From an uncultured delta proteobacterium (lineage in GTDB: Bacteria; Desulfobacterota; Binatia; DP-6): a stretch of DNA of 64,000 bases. The notes below the pieces were generated by a model. The model ran no database searches. It saw only the letters and a list, made by a program, of their open reading frames with translations, and was not told the DNA's origin. Of this stretch, positions 27,629 through 37,002 are shown piece after piece (the first letter of the stretch is position 1; every line of letters starts with the position of its first letter). The position numbers and the translations under genes were made by a program. The stretch spans positions 64,001 to 128,000 of the forward strand of contig CAWFFN010000009.1 in NCBI GenBank assembly GCA_963815115.1. Reading direction: 5' to 3'.

Positions 27629-27870
27629 TGCCCAAGGGCGCGGTCACGCTCGGCGCCAGGTTCGAATATCCCGCCGGAGAAGAAGATGGGCCTCGGCGGC
27701 AAGGTGACACCTACCGTCAATGACGAGGTGATCGGCCCAGGCATGATCGAGAAAACCTGGCCGTTCCGTCATTCGCTCAACGAAACCCAAAGGCATCGGC
27801 ATGGATCACGGCACAGCGGTGGATTCGACCTACCCAACCGCCCTTCACCTTCCGGGGCAGCCATCCATCT
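27628..27870 (+). pseudogene. Frameshifted remnant resembling an arylsulfatase C-terminal domain
   Basis: Pieces in different frames: PKGAVTLGARFEY / GLGGKVT..VNDEVIG.G.IEKTWPFRHSLNET / IGMDHGTAVDSTY / PFTFRG. Confidence 0.45.
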
Positions 27871-27880
27871 GCTGGCGAGA

Positions 27881-28465
27881 TCAGTCGCGGACTCGCGGCG
27901 GCAACAGGTCGTCCACGGCGATGGTCACGTCCGGGAACGCGACCACCTGGAGCCGCTCCCCGCGGACCAGGACCGTGCGCTCGCGGTAGCGGGGCGCGCT
28001 CGGCGCGGTGTAGTTCTCGACGTAATCGTCGCGGAGGTTGACGATCACGTACTGGGAGATACCGGCCTTCGCGTAGATGAAGCACTTGGTGAGCCGATCC
28101 TGCGCCAGGGACGCGTGGGCGACCTCGAGCACCAGGTGGGCCTGCGTGGGGTGCGCGGTGGCGTACCCGTCGGGCACCGGTGGGACGACGGCCACGTCGG
28201 GCTCGGGAACGGAGCGCGGGCCGGCGACGTAGTCGAGCTGCCCTCGCACGATGGCGCGATCGCCAACGGCGCGCTCCAGCACACGGTGGGCTCGCCAGAC
28301 ACCGGATGCATGCGGAGGGTTCTGCGACTCGCGGGCGACGATGACGCCCTCGAGCAGTTCGACGCGGTCGTCGGCTCCGAGGACGCCTTCGTCGACCAGT
28401 CCGAGGTATTCGTCGGCGGTGTACCCCGAAGGGCGCCGCGGCACGCGCGTCTCGACCCGAGCCAC
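27881..28465 (-). CDS. Uma2 family (DUF820) PD-(D/E)xK endonuclease
   Basis: RVELLEG, PEPDVAVV, LVLEVA..SL..DRLTK..YAKAGI..Y.IVN. Confidence 0.9.
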   Translation of the reverse strand: MARVETRVPRRPSGYTADEYLGLVDEGVLGADDRVELLEGVIVARESQNPPHASGVWRAHRVLERAVGDRAIVRGQLDYVAGPRSVPEPDVAVVPPVPDGYATAHPTQAHLVLEVAHASLAQDRLTKCFIYAKAGISQYVIVNLRDDYVENYTAPSAPRYRERTVLVRGERLQVVAFPDVTIAVDDLLPPRVRD

Positions 28466-28645
28466 TCGCGACGGCTACACCTCGGGCTCGCCCTCCGCAA
28501 CACTCGGGAACGGAACACGAAGAAGCCCTCAATGGTGGAGCGGCTGCCGATCATCTCAGGTCACCTTCCACCCCAGGCCGACCGCGTGGCTCCGGCCGCG
28601 CATCCCTTGCGCGCGAGATTCTCTGGATGGCGACGCTCACCCTCC

Positions 28646-28676
28646 GTGGCGCTACATCGGCTGTCGCGACACTACC
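28646..28676 (-). promoter_or_regulatory. Tripartite TGTAGCG motif, copy 3 (degenerate)
   Basis: Minus strand GGTAGTG-T-CGCGACA-GCCGA-TGTAGCGCCAC, same spacing, 20 nt after the STAND-A stop codon. Confidence 0.65.
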
Positions 28677-28696
28677 GCGTGACGGCCTCGCAGCGC

Positions 28697-31600
28697 TCAG
28701 AGCCGCCAGGCGACCGGCCGTTCCGGGGTATACGAGCAGAAGACGCCGGTGCGCAGACCCTTCTCCAGATGCAGGCCGAGCGCGGGGTGCTCGGCCCGGA
28801 TGCGCTCGAGGCTGCGCCGGATCTGGTTCGTGACCGCCTTGCGCCACCGCTCGGCCGGGTCGCCCGCCGTCCGCGGCCGGCCGCCGAGCCCGTAGGCGGT
28901 CGACAGCTCCCGGGTGATCAGCTCGATCTCGTCGCGCGCGCGAGCGGCGCGACCGAGGTCCCCGCCGGCGGTGGCCTCTGCGAGCTCGTCGTGCAGGTCG
29001 TCCAGCCGCCGCTTGTACTCGGCGCGCGCGCGCGGATCGAGCATGGCCCCGAGGTCCCCCTGTGCGACCGACCGCGGCGCGTCCTCCGCGCCGTCGGCCG
29101 CGCCCGCACCGAGCGCCACGAGGTCGCCGACGTGGACCTCCGCGCCGGGGTCGCCGAGCAGGCGCACAATGTAGTGCAGCCCCTTGGTGTCCCGCACGCG
29201 GAAGGTCTTGCCGGCGTACGCGAGCGTCCAGTACTCGCCCTCGCGGCGGAAGATCCCCGCGTCGTCGGAAGGCGTTGGCGCCGGCGCAGGCGGCGCTTGT
29301 TCCTCGGCTTCGCTGCCGCCGCAAGCTTGCCCGGCAGCCAGCGCCAGCTCCTCGTCGAGGACCCGCAGGGCCCGGTCGGCAGCCCGCTCCAGCGAGAGGC
29401 TCCGCCCGGCGACGCGGTGTTCGTCGAACCCCTCGGACACCGCCGAAGCAAGCGCTTCGAAGCCGGTGCTCCACGCCAAACGGATGCCGCCTGCCGACGG
29501 CGCGCGAATGTCGGCACCCGTCCACGCGAGCTGGCGCGGCCGCACATTTGTTTCCTTGCGAGGGAGCCGCAGGTACACCGCCTCCACGGCTCCCACCAGC
29601 GTCGCTACTTCCGATGCACGCCCGCGGTGGTGGAGGACATGCGCGGCCAGCTCGACGGCGTAGGTCATCCGCTCGCCCGACCCGCTGTCGCGCGCGAGAC
29701 GGAGCGCCTGGCGCAGCGGACCGAGCGTCCGGGCGTCGTCTCCGCGATTGAACGCGAGGTGAGCCGTCATCGTGAGGATCAGTGCAAGGTGCCAGCGGTC
29801 CCCCGCCCGCTCGTATACCGCGGCGGCTTCCTCGAGCAGGTGCTCCGCGTCGGCCTCCTGTCCCCGTTTTGCCGCCACCATCGCGAGCAGCTGGCGCGAC
29901 TGGCCGACGAACTGGACCAGCCCCGACCTGGTGCCGACATCGAACGCCTCGGCGGCTCGACTCAGCGCCCCCTCGATGTCTCCGGCCTTCAATAGCTCCT
30001 GCGCCAGAAAGCTGAGCATCCACCCCATGCCCGCGGGCTCATCGACCTCGCGGAAGATCCGCAAGGCGTCCTCGAACCAGGCCGCGGGCGGCCGCGCATC
30101 GACATCGATGGCCCAGGCCGCACGTCCCATCTGCATCAACACCCAGCCCTCCAGAGCGCGGGCGCCGACCGCCCGGGAGATAGCCAGCGCTCTGCGCAGG
30201 TGCACGAGCGCCTGATCGTAGTCGAGCACATTCTCTGCCAGCAGCCCCGCCCCGACCAGCGCCATGGCGCGAATCAACTCTGGTGCTCCGGGGGCCGCTT
30301 CGAGCGCGCGCACGACCCACGCGCGCGCTTCCGGCTGCCCCGTCGTGAACCAAGGGTAGCCCAGCGCGGCGGCGATGCGCAGCGCGGCCTCGGGATCGAC
30401 CCCCGCCAGCGCGCTCTCCATCGCCTGGCGGACGTTGTCCTGCTCGTCGCGGAGCCGCGCGCTCCAGCGGCCCGGCTCGCGCATGAACCCGATCCCGGCC
30501 TTCTCCGCCAGCGCAACCACCCATTCGAGATGCCGCCACACAACCCGGTCGCGCTCGCCGGCCTCGCGCAGCCGTTCGGCCGCATACTGACGGACCGGCT
30601 CGAGCATCCGGAGACGCGGCTCGGCGCGGTCGTGGTCGACCGTGACCATCGACCTGCTGGCCAGGCGCTCGACCGCGTCGGCCACGCCGGCGCGCTCGAC
30701 GCCGTCCCCGTCGGCGACCTGCTCGGCGGCGTCGAGCGTGAAGCCACCCGCGAAGACGGAGAGCCGCCGGAAGACGATCTGCTCGTCGGCGGCGAGCAGC
30801 TGATGGCTCCAGTCGAGGGTGGCCCGCATCGTCTGCTGGCGATCGGGACGGCTGCGCCCGCCGTGGGTGAGCAGCTCCAGCTGCTCCCCGAGGCGGGCGG
30901 CCACCTGCTCCGGGCTGAGCGTGCGCAGCCGTGCGGCGGCCAGCTCGATGGCGAGCGGAAGCCCCGCGAGCTCCGCGCAGATCCTGGCCAGCGCTGCGGC
31001 GTTGCCGTCGGTGAGCCGGAAGCCCGGCCGCACGTCACCGCCACGCTCGATCAGGAGCCGGACGGCACCGTATTCGGCCAGCCGGTCGAGCGACTCCAGC
31101 GCATCCGGATCGGGCCGGTCGAGCGGCGGGACGGGTCGCTCGACCTCCCCGGGCAGGCGCAGCGGCTCCCGGCTGGTCGCCAGCACGTGCAGTTGGGCGC
31201 ACGCCAGCAGCAGCTCGCTCACGAGAGCGGCCACCGCGGCGACGACGTGCTCGCAGTTGTCGAGTACGAGGAGGAGGTCGCGTTCGGCCAGCGAGGCGCA
31301 CAGGAACTCGCTCGCCGACCTGCCGGCGGTGGGCTCGCGCATGCCGAGCGCCCCGAGCACGGCCTCGGGCACCAGCGCGTCGGTGCGGAGGCCCGCCAGC
31401 TCGACCAGGCACACGCCGTCGTGATGCTGATCCTCGACGCGCCTCACGGCCTCCAGCGCGAGACGCGTCTTGCCCGAGCCCCCGGCGCCCGTGAGCGTGA
31501 CGAGCCGTCGGGACGCGAGGAGATCAACCAGCTCACGCAGCTCCTGCTCGCGCCCCACGAACGAGGTCGTCGGCGCCGGCAGGTGGCTCACGCCGTTCGT

Positions 31601-32197
31601 CGCGGTGTTCAGGGCCGGGAACGACCTCAGGATACCCTCGGCGACGGCCTGGTGGAGACGAACCGGCCGGACGATGTCGCGCAACCGATGCGTTCCCAGG
31701 TCGAGCAGCGAGATGTCCGGCGCAAGCTGCGCGATGAGACCGACCGCCGCTTCCGAGACGACGATCTGCCCCCCGTGCGTGACAGCGAGGATCCGAGACG
31801 CCTGATGCAGGGCCATCCCGAACAGCTCGTCGCCCACCTCGGCGACCTCGCCAGCGTGGACCGCCATCCGGATCCGGACGGACGTCCCGCCCGGCCAGGA
31901 CTCTGCCGCCAGGGTGCGCTGGGCCTCGACGGCTGCGGTCAGCGCGTCGCCGGCCGAACCGAAGACGAACGCGCAGCCGTCGCCGCCGGTGGGATATCCG
32001 CTGCCTCTGCGGGCCCCGGCGGCGCCCGTGAGGATCGCGCGCTGGCGCTCGATGACCGCCACGAACGCGTCGCCGAGCGATCCGAGCAGGCGCGTGGACC
32101 CCTCCACGTCGGTGAAGAGCAGCGTCACGATGCGCGTGTCCTGCATCTGGTGCGCGCGGGCGCCGCAAGAGGTAGACCACACCATTGCCGGCGCCAT
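28697..32197 (-). CDS. STAND regulator A: class III cyclase-like + NB-ARC-type ATPase + TPR + C-terminal winged helix
   Basis: LFTDVEGST, Walker A GAGGSGKT, Walker B LLVLDNCEH, GLPLAIEL, TPR helices, EGEYWT..AERWRKAVT. The start could be 32146. Confidence 0.92.
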   Translation of the reverse strand: MAPAMVWSTSCGARAHQMQDTRIVTLLFTDVEGSTRLLGSLGDAFVAVIERQRAILTGAAGARRGSGYPTGGDGCAFVFGSAGDALTAAVEAQRTLAAESWPGGTSVRIRMAVHAGEVAEVGDELFGMALHQASRILAVTHGGQIVVSEAAVGLIAQLAPDISLLDLGTHRLRDIVRPVRLHQAVAEGILRSFPALNTATNGVSHLPAPTTSFVGREQELRELVDLLASRRLVTLTGAGGSGKTRLALEAVRRVEDQHHDGVCLVELAGLRTDALVPEAVLGALGMREPTAGRSASEFLCASLAERDLLLVLDNCEHVVAAVAALVSELLLACAQLHVLATSREPLRLPGEVERPVPPLDRPDPDALESLDRLAEYGAVRLLIERGGDVRPGFRLTDGNAAALARICAELAGLPLAIELAAARLRTLSPEQVAARLGEQLELLTHGGRSRPDRQQTMRATLDWSHQLLAADEQIVFRRLSVFAGGFTLDAAEQVADGDGVERAGVADAVERLASRSMVTVDHDRAEPRLRMLEPVRQYAAERLREAGERDRVVWRHLEWVVALAEKAGIGFMREPGRWSARLRDEQDNVRQAMESALAGVDPEAALRIAAALGYPWFTTGQPEARAWVVRALEAAPGAPELIRAMALVGAGLLAENVLDYDQALVHLRRALAISRAVGARALEGWVLMQMGRAAWAIDVDARPPAAWFEDALRIFREVDEPAGMGWMLSFLAQELLKAGDIEGALSRAAEAFDVGTRSGLVQFVGQSRQLLAMVAAKRGQEADAEHLLEEAAAVYERAGDRWHLALILTMTAHLAFNRGDDARTLGPLRQALRLARDSGSGERMTYAVELAAHVLHHRGRASEVATLVGAVEAVYLRLPRKETNVRPRQLAWTGADIRAPSAGGIRLAWSTGFEALASAVSEGFDEHRVAGRSLSLERAADRALRVLDEELALAAGQACGGSEAEEQAPPAPAPTPSDDAGIFRREGEYWTLAYAGKTFRVRDTKGLHYIVRLLGDPGAEVHVGDLVALGAGAADGAEDAPRSVAQGDLGAMLDPRARAEYKRRLDDLHDELAEATAGGDLGRAARARDEIELITRELSTAYGLGGRPRTAGDPAERWRKAVTNQIRRSLERIRAEHPALGLHLEKGLRTGVFCSYTPERPVAWRL

Positions 32198-32315
32198 CAA
32201 GCATCTCGGTGTCGCGTCTCCTCGGCGGGTGATCTGCCGCAGCTCCGCCGTCCGTCCGATGAAGGGCGTGTGGCGCCGACCCGCTGCGCCAGGTTCCCAT
32301 CGCCAGGCGAGCTGC

Positions 32316-32660
32316 CTAAACGAATTCCACGCGATTCGCCATCTCGTCTGGGGTTGCCAGCTCCGCGTACAGCGCGAGCCTTCGGATACACTCGCCGAGA
32401 CGGAAGCGGTGCAGATCGACGAAGAGCACGCCGGAGTGGTTCAAGCCACGGCGGCTGTGCTCTGCAGCCAATTCGATCAAGTGATGATCGTGCGTGAAGA
32501 GGACGGCCCCGAGCGTCTCGGCATGCGCTAGATGCTCGGCGTCGGTCGCGCCGAGCTTCCCCTCTTCGGCCGCGGTCCGAGCGTCTATGCCGCGCCGCCT
32601 GAGGCCCTCCGCCACACGAACATCGACGTTCTCATCCAGGTAGATCCGCAAGCCGGCCAA
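32316..32660 (-). CDS. DUF5615 (VapC45-like) PIN toxin
   Basis: IYLDENV..LRRRG.D..D..HL..A..VLFTHD..HSGV. Confidence 0.85.
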   Translation of the reverse strand: MAGLRIYLDENVDVRVAEGLRRRGIDARTAAEEGKLGATDAEHLAHAETLGAVLFTHDHHLIELAAEHSRRGLNHSGVLFVDLHRFRLGECIRRLALYAELATPDEMANRVEFV

Positions 32661-32973
32661 GCTTCCCCTCCAGCACCGACGACGACCGCCTCCGCTGCCG
32701 ACTGGCCTGCCGTACTGCCCTTCTCCACTCCCGATCGAGAACCGCCTTGTTGTCGTAGTAGTGCGACAGCGCCGCGTGAATTTGTGCGAGCGTGAGATGT
32801 GGGAGGGCGCTCGCGATCTCCTCGGGGCTCATGCCAAGCAGCTCGTATCGCACGGCCACGTCCATGACCCGCACGCCACTGCCTTCGATGATCGGCGCAC
32901 CACCGCGGTTGCCCGGATCGCGGACGATCCGAACCCCCCTCTGCGCCTCGCCCCGTGCTCGCGACTTCGCCAT
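32632..32973 (-). CDS. DUF433 antitoxin
   Basis: DPGNRGGAPIIEGSGVRV, SPEEI..PHLTLAQIHAALSHYYDN. Confidence 0.88.
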   Translation of the reverse strand: MAKSRARGEAQRGVRIVRDPGNRGGAPIIEGSGVRVMDVAVRYELLGMSPEEIASALPHLTLAQIHAALSHYYDNKAVLDREWRRAVRQASRQRRRSSSVLEGKLGRLADLPG

Positions 32974-33103
32974 TCGCAGCCTACCTGATCCGAAGGCTAC
33001 CACTCTTTCGGACCCCGGCGAAAACCGTACGCCGTGAGGTCAACCGCAGGTTCGGCGACCCCTCGAGCTCCGATTCGAGCCGACCCCGAGACGACCGGGA
33101 CGC

Positions 33104-36100
33104 TCAAAGCTGCCAGGTGACCGGTCGCTCCGGGGTATACGAGCAGAAGACGCCGGTGCGGAGCCCCTTCTCCAGGTGCAGGCCGAGCGCGGGGTGCTCG
33201 GCCCTGATGCGCTCGAGGCTGCGCCGGATCTGGTTCGTGACCGCCTTGCGCCACCGCTCGGCCGGGTCGCCCGCCGTCCGCGGCCGGCCGCCGAGCCCGT
33301 AGGCGGCCGACAGCTCCCGGGTGATCAGGTCGATCTCCTCGCGTGCCCGGGCCGCCCGGCCGAGGTCCCCGCCGGCGGTCGCCTCTGCGAGCTCCTCGCG
33401 CAGGTCGTCGAGGCGCCGCTTGTACTCGGCGCGTGCGCGGGGATCGAGCACGGTCCCGAGGTCACCCTCCGCCCCCGAACGCGGCGCGGCCTCCGCGTCG
33501 TCGGCTGCGCCCAGCGCCACCAGGTCGCCAACGTGGACCTCCGCGCCGGGGGCCGCGAGCAGGCGCGCGATGTAGTGGAGGCCCTTGGTGTCCCGCAGGC
33601 GGAGGGTCCGGCCGGCGTACGCCAGCGTCCAGAACTCGCCCTCGGGGAAAAATATCCCCGCGTCGTCGGAAGGCGTTGGCGCCGGCGCAGGCGGCGCTTC
33701 TCCTGCGGCTTCGCTGCCGCCGCCCGCTGACGTAACAGCCAGCGCCAGCTCCTCATCGAGGACCCGCAGGGCCAGGTCGGCAGCCCGCTCGAGCGACAGG
33801 CTCTGCCCGGCGATGAGGTGTTCGTCGAACCCAGCGTCCACCACAGAGGCGAGCGGTGTGAGGCCGCAGCCTGACACCACCTGGCCAATGAGCGGGCGCC
33901 ACGGCAGCACGTGTTCGTGCGTGCGAGGGAGCCGCAGGTACACGGCCTCCAGGGCTCCCAACAACGTCGCTACCTCGCGAGCACGCCCTCGGTGGTCGAG
34001 GACATGCGCGGCCAGCTCGACGGCGAGAGTCATCCGCTCGCCCGATCCGCTGTCGCGCGCCAGAAGGAGTGCCTCGCGCAGCGGCCCGAGCGCCCGAGCG
34101 TCGTCTCTGCTCTCGAGCGCGAGGTGAGCCCTCATCGTGAGGATCAGAGCACGCTGCAAGCGGTCGCCCGTTTGCTCGTAGGCGGCGGCGGCTTCCCCGA
34201 ACAGGCGCTCCGCGTCTGTGGGCTTCCCCCGCCTTGCCGCCAGCAGCGCCAGCAGCCGCCGCGACTCGGCGACGACTTGGAGCACCCCCGATCTGGTGCC
34301 GACCTGGAGCGCCTCGGTGGCTCGACTCGCCGCCCCATCCAGATCGCCGGCCTTGAATTTCTCCTCCGCGAGAAAGCTGAGCACCCAGCCGATGCCGGCG
34401 GGCTCGTCGATCTCGCGGAAGATACGCAAGGCGTCCTCGAACCAGGCGGCAGGCGGCCGCGCATCGACATCGATGACCCAGGCGGCACGTCCCATGACGT
34501 GCAAGGCCCAGCCCTCCAACTCGCGTGCACCGACCGCCCTGGAGATGGCGAGCGCCTCCCGCAGGTGCACGAGCGCCTGGTCATAGTCGAGCGCACTCTC
34601 TGCCAGCATCCCCGCCTCCAACAGCGCCCCTGCCCGGATCAGCTCGGGTGCTCCGGGGGCAGCCTCGAGCGCACGCACGGCCCACGAGTAGGCGTCCGGC
34701 TGGCCCGTCGTGAACCACGAGTAGCCGAGCGCGGCGGCGATGCGGAGCGCGGCCTCGGCATCGACGCCGGCCAGCGCGCTCTCCATCGCCTGGCGGACGT
34801 TGTCCTGCTCGTCGCGGAGCCGCGCGCTCCAACGGCGCTGCTCGCGCATGAAACCGCTCCCGGCCTCCACCGCCAGCGCAACGACCCACTCGAGGTGCCG
34901 CCGCACGACCCGGTCGCGCTCGCCGGCCTCGCGCAGCCGTTCGGCCGCGTACTGGCGGACCGGCTCGAGCATCCGCAGACGCGGCTCGGCGCGGTCGTGG
35001 TCGATCGCGACCAGCGACCTGCTCGCCAGGCGCTCGACCGCGTCGGCCACCGCGGCGCGCTCCACGCCGTCCCCATAGGCGACCTGCTCGGCAGCGTCGA
35101 GCGTGAAGCCACCCGCGAAGACCGAGAGCCGCCGGAAGACGATCTGCTCGTCGGGGGCGAGCAGCTGATGGCTCCAGTCGAGGGTGGCCCGCATCGTCTG
35201 CTGGCGATCGGGACGGCTGCGCCCGCCGTGGGTGAGCAGCTCCAGCTGCTCCCCGAGGCGGGCGGCCACCTGCTCCGGGCTGAGCGTGCGCAGCCGTGCG
35301 GCGGCCAGCTCGATGGCGAGCGGAAGCCCCGCGAGCTCCGCGCAGATCCTGGCCAGCGCTGCGGCGTTGCCGTCGGTGAGCCGGAAGCCCGGCCGCACGT
35401 CACCGCCACGCTCGATCAGGAGCCGGACGGCACCGTATTCGGCCAGCCGGTCGAGCGACTCCAGCGCATCCGGATCGGGCCGGTCGAGCGGCGGGACGGG
35501 TCGCTCGACCTCCCCGGGCAGGCGCAGCGGCTCCCGGCTGGTCGCCAGCACGTGCAGTTGGGCGCACGCCAGCAGCAGCTCGCTCACGAGAGCGGCCACC
35601 GCGGCGACGACGTGCTCGCAGTTGTCGAGTACGAGGAGGAGGTCGCGTTCGGCCAGCGAGGCGCACAGGAACTCGCTCGCCGACCTGCCGGCGGTGGGCT
35701 CGCGCATGCCGAGCGCCCCGAGCACGGCCTCGGGCACCAGCGCGTCGGTGCGGAGGCCCGCCAGCTCGACCAGGCACACGCCGTCGTGATGCTGATCCTC
35801 GACGCGCCTCACGGCCTCCAGCGCGAGACGCGTCTTGCCCGAGCCCCCGGCGCCCGTGAGCGTGACGAGCCGTCGGGACGCGAGGAGATCAACCAGCTCA
35901 CGCAGCTCCTGCTCGCGCCCCACGAACGAGGTCGTCGGCGCCGGCAGGTGGCTCACGCCGTTCGTCGCGGTGTTCAGGGCCGGGAACGACCTCAGGATAC
36001 CCTCGGCGACGGCCTGGTGGAGACGAACCGGCCGGACGATGTCGCGCAACCGATGCGTTCCCAGGTCGAGCAGCGAGATGTCCGGCGCAAGCTGCGCGAT

Positions 36101-36562
36101 GAGACCGACCGCCGCTTCCGAGACGACGATCTGCCCCCCGTGCGTGACAGCGAGGATCCGAGACGCCTGATGCAGGGCCATCCCGAACAGCTCGTCGCCC
36201 ACCTCGGCGACCTCGCCAGCGTGGACCGCCATCCGGATCCGGACGGACGTCCCGCCCGGCCAGGGCTCTGCCGCCAGCCTGCGCTGGGCCTCGACGGCTG
36301 CTGTCAGCGCGTCACCGGCCGAACCGAAGACGAACGCGCAGCCGTCGCCGCCGGTGGGATATCCGCTGCCCCTGCGGGCCCCGGCGGCGCCCGTGAGGAT
36401 CGCGCGCTGGCGCTCGATCACACCCACGAAGGCATCGCCGAGCGACCCGAGGAGCCGCGTGGAGGCCTCCACGTCGGTGAAGAGCAGCGTCACGATGCGC
36501 GTGTCCTGCATCTGGTGCGCGCGGGCGCCGCAGGAGGTAGACCACATCTTCTCCGGCGCCAT
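33104..36562 (-). CDS. STAND regulator B (paralog of A)
   Basis: Same architecture. ATPase region identical to A, TPR region diverged. Confidence 0.92.
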   Translation of the reverse strand: MAPEKMWSTSCGARAHQMQDTRIVTLLFTDVEASTRLLGSLGDAFVGVIERQRAILTGAAGARRGSGYPTGGDGCAFVFGSAGDALTAAVEAQRRLAAEPWPGGTSVRIRMAVHAGEVAEVGDELFGMALHQASRILAVTHGGQIVVSEAAVGLIAQLAPDISLLDLGTHRLRDIVRPVRLHQAVAEGILRSFPALNTATNGVSHLPAPTTSFVGREQELRELVDLLASRRLVTLTGAGGSGKTRLALEAVRRVEDQHHDGVCLVELAGLRTDALVPEAVLGALGMREPTAGRSASEFLCASLAERDLLLVLDNCEHVVAAVAALVSELLLACAQLHVLATSREPLRLPGEVERPVPPLDRPDPDALESLDRLAEYGAVRLLIERGGDVRPGFRLTDGNAAALARICAELAGLPLAIELAAARLRTLSPEQVAARLGEQLELLTHGGRSRPDRQQTMRATLDWSHQLLAPDEQIVFRRLSVFAGGFTLDAAEQVAYGDGVERAAVADAVERLASRSLVAIDHDRAEPRLRMLEPVRQYAAERLREAGERDRVVRRHLEWVVALAVEAGSGFMREQRRWSARLRDEQDNVRQAMESALAGVDAEAALRIAAALGYSWFTTGQPDAYSWAVRALEAAPGAPELIRAGALLEAGMLAESALDYDQALVHLREALAISRAVGARELEGWALHVMGRAAWVIDVDARPPAAWFEDALRIFREIDEPAGIGWVLSFLAEEKFKAGDLDGAASRATEALQVGTRSGVLQVVAESRRLLALLAARRGKPTDAERLFGEAAAAYEQTGDRLQRALILTMRAHLALESRDDARALGPLREALLLARDSGSGERMTLAVELAAHVLDHRGRAREVATLLGALEAVYLRLPRTHEHVLPWRPLIGQVVSGCGLTPLASVVDAGFDEHLIAGQSLSLERAADLALRVLDEELALAVTSAGGGSEAAGEAPPAPAPTPSDDAGIFFPEGEFWTLAYAGRTLRLRDTKGLHYIARLLAAPGAEVHVGDLVALGAADDAEAAPRSGAEGDLGTVLDPRARAEYKRRLDDLREELAEATAGGDLGRAARAREEIDLITRELSAAYGLGGRPRTAGDPAERWRKAVTNQIRRSLERIRAEHPALGLHLEKGLRTGVFCSYTPERPVTWQL

Positions 36563-36661
36563 CAAGCGTCGCCGTCGACTCGGCGAGAGCGAAGCGCGGG
36601 TCGGCGCCGCGGTGTCAGTGGAAGGATTCGCTTCGGTGGGACGCACGCGTGCCTGGTCTTG

Positions 36662-36678
36662 CTTGCTGGCCCAGCAAG
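36662..36678. promoter_or_regulatory. Palindrome upstream of the DUF6516 TA pair (possible operator)
   Basis: CTTGCTGG-C-CCAGCAAG, 21 nt before ATG 36700. Confidence 0.45.
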
Positions 36679-36699
36679 ACGTATGGCACGAGGAGCCAT

Positions 36700-37000
36700 A
36701 TGCCGAAGGCCACGCAGGTCTTCCACGAGAAGATCCGGACGGCTGATGGCGTGGTCGTGGAGTTCAAGGTCTGGCGAGTGACCAGGTCGGTGCACTACCC
36801 GGAAGGGTTCCGTTACTCCTTCTTCGCGATCCGCGACAGCGTCGTTCTCGTCGGCTACGACAATCACAGCCCGAAGGGGCACCACCGGCACGGTCAGGGG
36901 CAAGCAAGAGCGGTACGAGTTCGAGGGACTCGAGAAGCTGCGAGCGGACTTCACCAGGGATCTCGAGAGAGCCCGCATGACACGTACAAACGGAGAGTGA
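36700..37000 (+). pseudogene. DUF6516 (TumE-like) toxin with an apparent +1 insertion near 36893
   Basis: KVWRV..PEGFRYS..VGYDN..KGHHRH. Removing one G gives VRGKQERYEFEGLEKLRADF..stop at 36998-37000. Confidence 0.7.
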
Positions 37001-37002
37001 CC

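Noticed and set aside
27686-29995. 769-aa and similar plus-strand ORFs opposite the STAND genes
   Set aside because: Antisense shadows with no motifs; their similarity to each other just mirrors the paralogy.
33081-33093. CCGACCCCGAGAC, similar to one arm of hairpin H1
   Set aside because: The complementary arm and H2 are missing, so this is probably chance in GC-rich DNA.
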